Positions 5,514-13,332 of a stretch of DNA of 58,898 nucleotides are shown piece by piece. The translations under genes were made by a program, and so were the position numbers. The stretch's first letter is position 1, and every line of letters starts with the position of its first letter. The notes under the pieces are model-generated. The model ran no database searches, was not told the DNA's origin, and saw only the letters and a list, made by a program, of their open reading frames with translations. Location of the stretch: the NCBI GenBank assembly GCA_963977015.1, contig CAXBMO010000032.1, forward strand, positions 1 through 58,898. The letters run 5' to 3'. The stretch is from an uncultured bacterium. Lineage in GTDB: Bacteria > Verrucomicrobiota > Verrucomicrobiia > Verrucomicrobiales > DEV007.

Positions 5514-5590
5514 TGGCAGACTGCGAGAGAATCGAACTCTCTAAGCGCAAGGTTTGGAATCTTGCCGCGACACCCACTCGCCGACAGTCT
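5514..5590 (-). tRNA. tRNA-Trp(CCA), CCA encoded
   Basis: Acceptor AGACTGT/GCAGTCT-G-CCA; loop TTCCAAA; T-arm GAGAG-TTCGATT-CTCTC. Confidence 0.82.
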
Positions 5591-5612
5591 GCATTGATAC
5601 TTCTTTCCACAA

Positions 5613-5797
5613 TTCTCTGAAGCATGAAGGGAACTTCCAAGCCTGACGATTCATCACGGATTCTTCACGCGTGAACCCATGTGATTTAGAAGCGGCATGC
5701 TGTTGAGCGCGCCGCCGTTTCAATATTTGGATTTGGGTTCCGGGAAGAGGAAGGATGGAATCGAACTGATGATCCGTTCTACCTTCGCTTCAGAGAA
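5613..5797 (-). ncRNA. Unassigned ~185-nt structured RNA (possibly a long Y-type RNA)
   Basis: Long closing helix TTCTCTGAAGC-GAAGG-TA-GAAC / GTTC-CCTTC-AT-GCTTCAGAGAA; internal helices GAACCCA/TGGGTTC and GCGGCGCGCT/AGCATGCCGC. Confidence 0.6.
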
Positions 5798-5800
5798 AGA

Positions 5801-5942
5801 CGAACACCGTTACCGATCGTTACTCGGTAGCCGCAGGTTTTCACAGACGGACGTTTCGGTGTCTAACAGGCACACCTCCCTTACATAGAAGCCTCTTGGG
5901 TTGCCATTCCCAAGAGACAAACACTTTCCGTAACACGATTCG
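5801..5942 (-). ncRNA. Unassigned ~140-nt structured RNA candidate
   Basis: Hairpin GTCTCTTGGG/CCCAAGAGGC (its G-U wobble works only on the minus strand), ACACCG/CGGTGT, TACCGA/TCGGTA; ends partly complementary. Confidence 0.4.
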
Positions 5943-6057
5943 AAAATGGTGTGATCCGGTTGACCAAGTTGAAGACTTGTATAAATTAGAAACTTGTAGG
6001 TGAGCTAATCTATCAGGCTTCCCCTTTCGGGAGAACTTGGTAAGGTTTGCCTCTCTG

Positions 6058-6112
6058 GCCTGTTCTTGAGGTTGGATCAGTTGCCGCTGACCGCCTCGGG
6101 AACGGGCTTTTT
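6058..6112 (+). terminator. Plus-strand hairpin plus T5 (possible terminator of an antisense transcript)
   Basis: GCCTGTTCTTGAGG/CCTCGGGAACGGGC, 14 bp with three G-U pairs that form only on the plus strand, followed by TTTTT. Confidence 0.45.
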
Positions 6113-6211
6113 AATGGCTATGTCTAATTGATTGATTGATTAATGAATTGGTTCGTCAGTTGATGAGATCAAAAATTCCTTTCTTGCTGATTTTAAGAGA
6201 GTTACAGGACA

Positions 6212-6245
6212 CAAAAAACCCTGCCTCGGGGATGAGAGCAGGGTT
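6212..6245 (-). terminator. Intrinsic terminator between leader ORF and RNA array (attenuator)
   Basis: Minus strand AACCCTGC-TCTCATCCCCGAG-GCAGGGTT-TTTTGT. Confidence 0.8.
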
Positions 6246-6292
6246 CACGTCAAAAAAACTGGGTAGTATTCTCGTTACGTAAACCGCCTCTC
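6234..6292 (-). promoter_or_regulatory. Candidate antiterminator helix
   Basis: GAGAG-GC-GGTTTACGT (6292-6277, last leader codons) pairs with ACGTGAACC-CTG-CTCTC (6250-6234, terminator 5' arm and loop). Confidence 0.65.
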
Positions 6293-6466
6293 TTTGGGTT
6301 CATCACCACTACGGTATCCCAGATGATTCTGGGCAAAAATGGCGACTGTCTCTCCTTTTGCATCCCACTTTGTCCGGGGCAAAATCCATCCCGCGATGAG
6401 ACACGATGTCTCCCGCTGAGGCAATGCTGCCTGCATTGGTATGGTTCTGTTGTTGGAGAATGACAT
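6275..6466 (-). CDS. Putative leader peptide (63 aa) of the tRNA/Y RNA/rsr operon
   Basis: ATG about 40 nt after the -10 box; the stop codon overlaps the antiterminator strand; terminator about 30 nt downstream. No obvious SD. Confidence 0.55.
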   Translation of the reverse strand: MSFSNNRTIPMQAALPQRETSCLIAGWILPRTKWDAKGETVAIFAQNHLGYRSGDEPKERRFT

Positions 6467-6506
6467 TGAAATTGAAAGCTAAAGTATTGCTCTTGTTCTG
6501 CGGGTG

Positions 6507-6535
6507 ACCTTAGCACTGAACAATACGATTGTCAA
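6507..6535 (-). promoter_or_regulatory. sigma70-type promoter for the leader/tRNA array
   Basis: Minus strand TTGACA (6535-6530), 17-nt spacer, TAAGGT (6512-6507) preceded by TGn; AT-rich upstream. Confidence 0.75.
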
Positions 6536-6715
6536 CCCTCTACTATTTCTATTTTCTCCTAACACTACCATCCTACTATATTATTTGAGAGCTTTCCGGT
6601 TTACACATTCCCCTGCAAACGGCATCAACGGTGCGGTATCCGATCATCTCCCCAGCCAGGGAGCATTTGAAAACGATGACGGACGCGCACGTTGTTCCTC
6701 TTTCTCAAACGCCGC

Positions 6716-7426
6716 CTAACCCTTCTTCCAAATCTTCAAATCGTCCACCACCGCATTCCGGGGAACGGCGAGACGCAGCATCCGCTTGGTGGGATGCGCG
6801 ATGCCCTCGGATTCGAAACTGCCAACTTCTTCCCCGTCGATGCTCACCATCAATTTGGATCCGTCAATCTGAACGACCAGGTCATGCCATTCTCCGGTCT
6901 CCAGCGAAGCCGGAACTTTTTTCTGTTTCCCTTTCAGCATCTCCACCTGCTCATTGCTGAGCGTTTTCGCCTGCCGGGCCTCACGAATCTTGAGATCCAT
7001 GCTCCCGGTCTTCAGATCCTGGAGCAAGACGTATTTCGGAAAGACCCGAACGGCAAAGAGGTGACCGGCGTGAACCTCCTTGAACTTCAGATCGGCAAAA
7101 TTGAGGCCCAGACTGTCTTTGGCATCTTCCAACATGAACCGCAGCGTGACCGCTCCATTCGTGAACTCGGCAGGTTGGGTCACGGATACGCCGTGGTCCG
7201 CCGTTTCATGAAGGTAGATGTACATGGCCCCGTCCCGGAGATCGACCTGCTTGTTCCCGTTGGCCCGTTTCGCGGAATTGGTCCCCCAGCCATTGCCGGG
7301 TTCATCCTTCACTTCCTGCGATTCTGATCGTTCAAAATCGTCTTCGAAAATGACCTTACCATAGTCATCAGCCAAGAGGACGGAAGAGGCAACCAACGAG
7401 AGAAAGCATACGGAACGTAGTGTCAT
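6716..7426 (-). CDS. Secreted hypothetical protein, concanavalin/LamG-like beta-sandwich
   Basis: Signal peptide, IFEDDFER start, WHDLVVQIDG motif; last gene of a sulfatase cluster. Confidence 0.7.
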   Translation of the reverse strand: MTLRSVCFLSLVASSVLLADDYGKVIFEDDFERSESQEVKDEPGNGWGTNSAKRANGNKQVDLRDGAMYIYLHETADHGVSVTQPAEFTNGAVTLRFMLEDAKDSLGLNFADLKFKEVHAGHLFAVRVFPKYVLLQDLKTGSMDLKIREARQAKTLSNEQVEMLKGKQKKVPASLETGEWHDLVVQIDGSKLMVSIDGEEVGSFESEGIAHPTKRMLRLAVPRNAVVDDLKIWKKG

Positions 7427-7491
7427 TCCGCAGATATAGAGAGAATCGGCAAGCATGCCAAGCCCGGAAATCGCGGGCTCGCGAACTGGCT

Positions 7492-8880
7492 CTAAGACTT
7501 ACGCTCTTCGGAAAAAACGTCGCCGGTTGGTTCGGGCGGCAACGTCGCCTTCCACTCCTCCAGCTTGCGCAGCAATTCCTGAACTTGTTCGGGGTTCTCC
7601 TCTTTCAGATCGGACTTCTCCATCGGATCCGCCACCAGGTCGTAGAGCTCGACATAGCTGCCATCCCCGTTGGAGAGCAACTTCCACTTCTGATCGACCA
7701 TCGCGAACGAAACCCAGTGAAACGGTTTGTGGGGCTGAGCCGGCCAGGGCGACTGCGATTTCCAAAAAAGCGGCTTCCCGCGTTCCGCAACCGGGGTTCC
7801 CGTCAGGACGTCGAGCTGATTGATTCCGTCAGGCTGATAGTCGGCCGGCAACTCGACTCCGGCGATTTCGCAAAACGTCGGAAGCAAATCCACGGCAGAA
7901 ATCAGCGAGGTGTTGTCGATCGCTCCCGGAGCGATCTTCCCCGGCCAGCGCGCAATGAACGGCACATTGATCCCGCCTTCAAACAAGGCCGCCTTGTAGC
8001 CCTTTCGTCCGGCTGTGATTCCTTTTGCCGCACCAATTCCCCAGCCTGCGCCCGTCGCCGTATCATACCCCAAGGTGAGCTCGGTTGGTTTCGACGCCCG
8101 CGCGGGACCGTTGTCCGAGCTGAAGATCACCAACGTGTTCTCGCTGACCCCTAACCGGTCCAGCGCATCCAAGACCTTACCAATGCGATCGTCCGCATGC
8201 GACAACACGGACGCGTAAATCTTGTCCGCCTCACTCTCCATATCCCGGAATCGCCACTCATACTTGGGCACCGTGTGGAAGGGCGTGTGAGGTTCGTGCA
8301 CCCACAGGTTCACGAAAAATGGCTTCTCCGCAGCCACGCTTTCCTCGATGAAATCGATTGTGTGCATCGCATCCTCATGAACCGGCATCTGCTCTCCCGA
8401 ACAATTGAACGCCCCATAGGCATCATAGCCGTAGTCGCCTGGCGCCGGCGAATCCGGAATCATGTTGTTCGCCAAATGCCACTTCCCAAAGTGAGCCGTG
8501 CGATAGCCGGCGGTCTGCAGGAAGCGCGGCAGCGTTGGCGCTTCGGGATCCAGCCAATCCGGCATTCCCCGCTTCGCATTGCTCGGCACCCAGGCAAAGT
8601 GGCCATCGATATTGTAGCGTGCCGGAAAATGTCCCGTCATCACCGCCGTCCGGCTCGGCGAACAAACTCCGCTGGCAACGGTGAAGCGATGGAAGTCCGT
8701 TCCCTCCCTCGCCAATCGATCGATGTTGGGCGTCTTGACATAGGGATGCCCGTGACAGCTCAAGTCTCCCCACCCCCAATCATCCGCAAAGATGAAGACG
8801 ATGTTGGGCTTGGCGGACTCGGCCCCGAGATTCCCCAACAAAATGGCAAGGAACAGAAAACTGATGACGTTTGATTTCAT
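7492..8880 (-). CDS. Sulfatase (formylglycine-dependent, S1)
   Basis: KPNIVFIFADD, CSPSR, GKWHL, SSDNG. Confidence 0.95.
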   Translation of the reverse strand: MKSNVISFLFLAILLGNLGAESAKPNIVFIFADDWGWGDLSCHGHPYVKTPNIDRLAREGTDFHRFTVASGVCSPSRTAVMTGHFPARYNIDGHFAWVPSNAKRGMPDWLDPEAPTLPRFLQTAGYRTAHFGKWHLANNMIPDSPAPGDYGYDAYGAFNCSGEQMPVHEDAMHTIDFIEESVAAEKPFFVNLWVHEPHTPFHTVPKYEWRFRDMESEADKIYASVLSHADDRIGKVLDALDRLGVSENTLVIFSSDNGPARASKPTELTLGYDTATGAGWGIGAAKGITAGRKGYKAALFEGGINVPFIARWPGKIAPGAIDNTSLISAVDLLPTFCEIAGVELPADYQPDGINQLDVLTGTPVAERGKPLFWKSQSPWPAQPHKPFHWVSFAMVDQKWKLLSNGDGSYVELYDLVADPMEKSDLKEENPEQVQELLRKLEEWKATLPPEPTGDVFSEERKS

Positions 8881-8906
8881 GAGTAGAGTCGAAAGTTGGT
8901 ATGGGG

Positions 8907-10475
8907 TTAGCTTCCCTGAACTCCGGTGTATTCGGCTTCCGTGATCCAGCCCAAATCCTTCCAGTATCCCGTGTCATTTTTCTGCAATGGTCCGGGCGTG
9001 GTGCGCCCCTGCAGAATGATCGCGGTGATTTTCTCCTGCAACTGCCGCGCCCTGTCGGCTTGCTTCTCGGCGAGATTCACTTCTTCGGCGGGATCGGCAG
9101 CCAGATCATACAGCTCCAACGGATGTTTCTTATCCGGAAGAATCAGTTTCCAACTCCCTTCGGTGATGGAGTAGCGCCGGTCATTACCGTGGTTGATCAG
9201 AGGTGCGCGCTCGGCACTGGACGAGGGATCACCTAACACAGCCGCAAAACTCTGGCTGTCTTCCCCGGCATCTTCCGGCAACGACGCTCCGACCAGCTCG
9301 GCAAACGTCGCCAACAGATCCGTCTGTCCAACGATCCGGTCCCACCGCCGCCCCGGCTCCTTGATTCCACCGGGCCAACGCACAAAAAACGGCACCCGGT
9401 GCCCGCCCTCGTAAACCGAGCGCTTGCCTTCCCGAAAACCGCCTCGGCTGTCGTGATTGAATTCCGGGATCCGCTCCCGCCACGAGTTCTCCGGACCATT
9501 GTCACTCGTGTAAACAATCATCGTGTCCTCATCCAAACCCGCCGCGTCCAGGAATTTGAGAATCCGCCCCACATGATGGTCGGTCTCGATCACAAACTCA
9601 CCATACGCGCCAGCCTCGCCCTTGCCGTGAAACTCGGGCAACGGACAAATTGGATAGTGGGGAGACGTATACGGCAGATAAAGAAAGAAGGGTGTCCCGC
9701 TCTTTGCTCCCTCCGCCTTGCCGGTCATCCACTCAATCGCCTTATCGGTAAACCGCGTCAGACATTCGTTATCGACAAAATCGGGCGCAACCTCCATCCC
9801 CGGCCGTCCCAGCGCCTCTTTCGTCTCGCCCGGCGTTTGCTCGTAAGGCGGCATGATCCGATAATCGCTCGCCCGCGCATTCTTCTTCTTATTGGTATAG
9901 AGCGTCGGCGGAACCTTCGCGTGGCGTCCTTCAAACCACGCCAGAATACCGTAGTTGAGCGAAGCCGGGATCCCGTAAAAATAGTCAAACCCTTTGTCCA
10001 ACGGCATATCCTGAACCGGTTTGGACCAATCCCGGGTTTTCGGCGTTCCCGGGAAGTCCATTCCCAAATGCCATTTCCCGACCATGGCGGTGGCATAGCC
10101 CTCCCCTTTCAGCAGCGACGCCAGGGTCATTCTGCCATCCTCGATCAGGCAGGCAGTCTCCGCTCCAAACACCCCGGACTTCAGAGTCGTTCGCCACGAA
10201 TACCTCCCCGTCAGCAAGCCATAGCGGGAAGGGGTGCAGACGGAATCCGAGCTGTGGCCATTGGTGAAGGAGATTCCCTCGTTGGCCAGCCGATCGAGGT
10301 TGGGAGTTTCGAATCGCGCATCAGGATTCAACACACTGGCATCTCCAAATCCCTGATCATCCGTGTAGATCACGATGATGTTGGGTCTCGTCGCAGCAGC
10401 ATTCGAAAACTGTGCCAGGGCGAGGGAAACGGCAAACAGGATGCCGGACAACAGAAGTGGGGGCTTTCTAAACAT
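8907..10475 (-). CDS. Arylsulfatase (S1)
   Basis: RPNIIVIYTDDQG, CTPSR, GKWHLG, TSDNG; start placed at MFRKPP (signal peptide). Confidence 0.93.
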   Translation of the reverse strand: MFRKPPLLLSGILFAVSLALAQFSNAAATRPNIIVIYTDDQGFGDASVLNPDARFETPNLDRLANEGISFTNGHSSDSVCTPSRYGLLTGRYSWRTTLKSGVFGAETACLIEDGRMTLASLLKGEGYATAMVGKWHLGMDFPGTPKTRDWSKPVQDMPLDKGFDYFYGIPASLNYGILAWFEGRHAKVPPTLYTNKKKNARASDYRIMPPYEQTPGETKEALGRPGMEVAPDFVDNECLTRFTDKAIEWMTGKAEGAKSGTPFFLYLPYTSPHYPICPLPEFHGKGEAGAYGEFVIETDHHVGRILKFLDAAGLDEDTMIVYTSDNGPENSWRERIPEFNHDSRGGFREGKRSVYEGGHRVPFFVRWPGGIKEPGRRWDRIVGQTDLLATFAELVGASLPEDAGEDSQSFAAVLGDPSSSAERAPLINHGNDRRYSITEGSWKLILPDKKHPLELYDLAADPAEEVNLAEKQADRARQLQEKITAIILQGRTTPGPLQKNDTGYWKDLGWITEAEYTGVQGS

Positions 10476-10525
10476 GGTTGTGGGAATAAAGGGCAGGGTT
10501 AGGAAATTGGCCAGCGTGAGAGGGG

Positions 10526-11830
10526 TTAGCCCAACAACTCGGGAATGTTTCCGGTGCTGTGACTGAAGTGGTCCACCTCTACTCCACCTTCCTGCATCAA
10601 CGTGAGCCAGTAGTTGGCCAACGGGGTGTCTTTCTTGGGAAGAACGAGATGGCGACCATGCTTGATCCGTTTTGCTCCACCACCGGAGAGGATCGCAGGC
10701 AGACCTTTCAACTCGTGACCGGAACGAAGGTTCGTTCCATAGCTGACGATACACTGATCATAGAGACGGCTACCGTCACTATCCCTGGCCTCCTTGAGGC
10801 GATCCAGAAAATGCGCGAACAATCCCGAACACTTCTGGTCCCGCTCGCGCGAGGCTGCCTTGCGTGGCTCGGAGAATCCGTAGTGACTCAACGAGTGCGC
10901 CTTGAGCTGGATCCCCATTCCCTCAAGAACCGAGCAAACCGGTTGGCGATAGGAGATAACCCGAGTCGAGTCGGTCTGGAGAGCCGCAATGATGATGTCA
11001 TACATCACGCGAATTTCTTCTTCGCCCGTGATTCCCTGGGTCGGGGCTTCGAAGGGAGCTTCCGGCTTCGGAATATCCGCCCACTCCGCTTGTCGTTCCA
11101 GGCTCTGCTCGATCTGACGCACCCCTTGAAAATACTCGTCGAGCTTCTCTTGATCGCCTTTGCTCAACACCCGCCTCATCGATCCGCCATCCAGCCTGAC
11201 AACATCCAGAATACTCTGCTTCTTGCGCAACGCCGCGTCGAGTTCCGCTCGCGAATCCGTTTTCTGGGCAAAGACGGCGTGATAAAGCTCAAGCGGTTGC
11301 GCAAAGCCGGGAAGCGGGTTGCCGGAATCGTCCCACGCCAGCGAAAGGCCTTTGCCGTGTCCTGAATTCTGTCCTCCATCGGATTCTTTGCTCGTCAAAA
11401 CCAGGGACGAGTATCGCGTTTCATGGCCAAGATGTTTCGCCGCAAATTGATCGCAGGATATGGAGTTGAAGAAGCGTTTCCCCGCCGTTCCCGAAACATT
11501 CGCACCCGTCAGATAGGAGACACTGCCCCCGTGAGGATCCGTCGCTCCCAGGTTCGTGAGATTCGCGACCATCGTGATATCGTCCTGATGACGCTTCAAC
11601 GGCATCAAACCTTCGGTGAGCCCGATCTCCGAAAATCGCCCCTCCTCGGTCGGGAAAAACGTTTCCTTGGTAAAACCGAACCCGCCACCAAGGAAGATCA
11701 TCCGCTTTGGCGGCGTCACGGAAGTCGATGCGGCGGTGGCAAACGTTTCGAGAAACGGAAGTGCGAGGCAATATCGGCCGGCCCGAAAAAACGAGCGGCG
11801 AGTTTGGGAGTTGGAGATGAACTGACTCAT
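10526..11830 (-). CDS. DUF1552 family protein (Tat-like leader)
   Basis: RRSFFR...LALPFLE, ISCDQ, ALQTDSTRV, HSLSH, PLANYWLT. Confidence 0.9.
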   Translation of the reverse strand: MSQFISNSQTRRSFFRAGRYCLALPFLETFATAASTSVTPPKRMIFLGGGFGFTKETFFPTEEGRFSEIGLTEGLMPLKRHQDDITMVANLTNLGATDPHGGSVSYLTGANVSGTAGKRFFNSISCDQFAAKHLGHETRYSSLVLTSKESDGGQNSGHGKGLSLAWDDSGNPLPGFAQPLELYHAVFAQKTDSRAELDAALRKKQSILDVVRLDGGSMRRVLSKGDQEKLDEYFQGVRQIEQSLERQAEWADIPKPEAPFEAPTQGITGEEEIRVMYDIIIAALQTDSTRVISYRQPVCSVLEGMGIQLKAHSLSHYGFSEPRKAASRERDQKCSGLFAHFLDRLKEARDSDGSRLYDQCIVSYGTNLRSGHELKGLPAILSGGGAKRIKHGRHLVLPKKDTPLANYWLTLMQEGGVEVDHFSHSTGNIPELLG

Positions 11831-11858
11831 GTGATGGGAATGTTAGGCCGTAAATGGT

Positions 11859-13316
11859 TCACGGGCTCCAGGGTTGGAGACCGTCTTTTTCCTGGAGAAA
11901 CCTGGCGTCGACGTCCTGATACCAGGCGTGAAGGCGCTTGCGCATTTCGGCAACGCGCTCGGGCATGGACTCGGCGATGTCGGATTGCTCGCCCGGATCC
12001 TCTTCGAGATTGTAGAGATGAACCCGGCCGTCTTCGTAACGCTCGACCAACTTGTAGGCCCCTTCTCGAACCGCGCCGCCAGGAAAGCCGCCTTGATTGC
12101 TGTAGTGCGGATAGTGCCAATACAGGCTCTCGCGATTCAGCGTCCCTCCTTCCAGAACTGGGCGAAGATCGAGCCCGTCGATTTGATGATCCACAGTCGC
12201 TCCAGCCGCTGCGATCAGCGTCGGAAACAGGTCGATCGAGCAAATCACCTCCTCGGAAACCGTGCCCGGTTTGGTAACGCCCGGATAACGAACTATCCAC
12301 GGCTCACGAATTCCCCCTTCATAAACCCACCCCTTTCCTCCGCGCAAAGGCAGGTTGCTGGTCGGCGAACCTTCCGATGTCGAGAGACCTCCGTTGTCCG
12401 AGGTGAAAATCACAACCGTTTCGTCAGCAACTCCGGATGCTTCCAACTGGTCAAGCACCTTCCCAACCGCCTGATCCATCGCTTCGACCATGGCCGCATA
12501 CACCGCATGCTTCTGCAGAACGCGAACCTTGCGCGGCTTATTACCAAACACCTGCTCTTCATCGGCAAACTCTTCGCCGTTGATGGCCTCCGCCTTCTTC
12601 TTGTACTTCTCGACCAAATCCGGGCGTCCCATCAAGGGCGTGTGGACCGAGTAGAACGAAAGGTAGGCAAGGAAGGGTTCGTCTTTGTTGGCATCGATAA
12701 AGGAGGCGGTGTCGCGCGCCAGCCGATCCGGAAGGTGATCTCCGGCCGGGCTCTCCACTTCCATCTCAGGGTTCTGGAACGGTGCGAAATATTTCTTCCC
12801 GGTGTAGGGGCCGCCTCTGCTGTGACCACCAATGTTGACGTCGAAACCACGATTCTGAGGATAGTATTCCCTGCTCTCGCCCAAGTGCCATTTTCCGGCG
12901 AAAAAGGTCGCGTAATCCCTGGTCTTCAAGGCATCGGCAAGCGTCACTTCATCGAGCGGCATCTCATTGATGAGCGGCGCGGGATGGAACTTCCCACTCC
13001 GCTTTCCGGAGAAGAAGTTGGTCGCTTGAACCCGGGTGGGATATTTGCCCGTCATCAACGCGTAGCGTGTCGGGGAGCAAACGGGGTTCGCGGCATAACC
13101 ATTCGTGAATCGCATTCCGGACTTCGCGAGCCCATCAATATTCGGCGTCTCATAGAAGCAGTTGGGGTTGTTCGCGCCGATGTCCATGAAACCGAGGTCA
13201 TCGACCAGGAAGACGACAAAATTCGGCGAGTCCTCAGCCTGGACCGTTACCGTGGAGAACAGGAGGGCGACTGCGGCCAGTCCGCACAGGACTTGGGAAA
13301 GAAGGGGTTTGATCAT
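11859..13316 (-). CDS. Sulfatase (S1)
   Basis: PNFVVFLVDDLG, CSPTR, GKWHLG, TSDNGG; start placed at MIKPLL. Confidence 0.93.
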   Translation of the reverse strand: MIKPLLSQVLCGLAAVALLFSTVTVQAEDSPNFVVFLVDDLGFMDIGANNPNCFYETPNIDGLAKSGMRFTNGYAANPVCSPTRYALMTGKYPTRVQATNFFSGKRSGKFHPAPLINEMPLDEVTLADALKTRDYATFFAGKWHLGESREYYPQNRGFDVNIGGHSRGGPYTGKKYFAPFQNPEMEVESPAGDHLPDRLARDTASFIDANKDEPFLAYLSFYSVHTPLMGRPDLVEKYKKKAEAINGEEFADEEQVFGNKPRKVRVLQKHAVYAAMVEAMDQAVGKVLDQLEASGVADETVVIFTSDNGGLSTSEGSPTSNLPLRGGKGWVYEGGIREPWIVRYPGVTKPGTVSEEVICSIDLFPTLIAAAGATVDHQIDGLDLRPVLEGGTLNRESLYWHYPHYSNQGGFPGGAVREGAYKLVERYEDGRVHLYNLEEDPGEQSDIAESMPERVAEMRKRLHAWYQDVDARFLQEKDGLQPWSP

Positions 13317-13332
13317 TGAAAGGGGGTTTGAG

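Noticed and set aside
6000-6060. c-di-GMP-I riboswitch suggested by GGCAAACC and a GAAA tetraloop on the minus strand
   Set aside because: The rest of the consensus (GCAAAG junction and second stem arrangement) is not present.
2324-6200. Many short ORFs (60-147 aa) listed across the array
   Set aside because: They overlap tRNA and Y RNA genes and have no protein motifs.
870-6535. Prophage or ICE origin of the tRNA array
   Set aside because: No integrase, phage structural or conjugation genes and no att repeats flank it in this window; older horizontal origin cannot be excluded.
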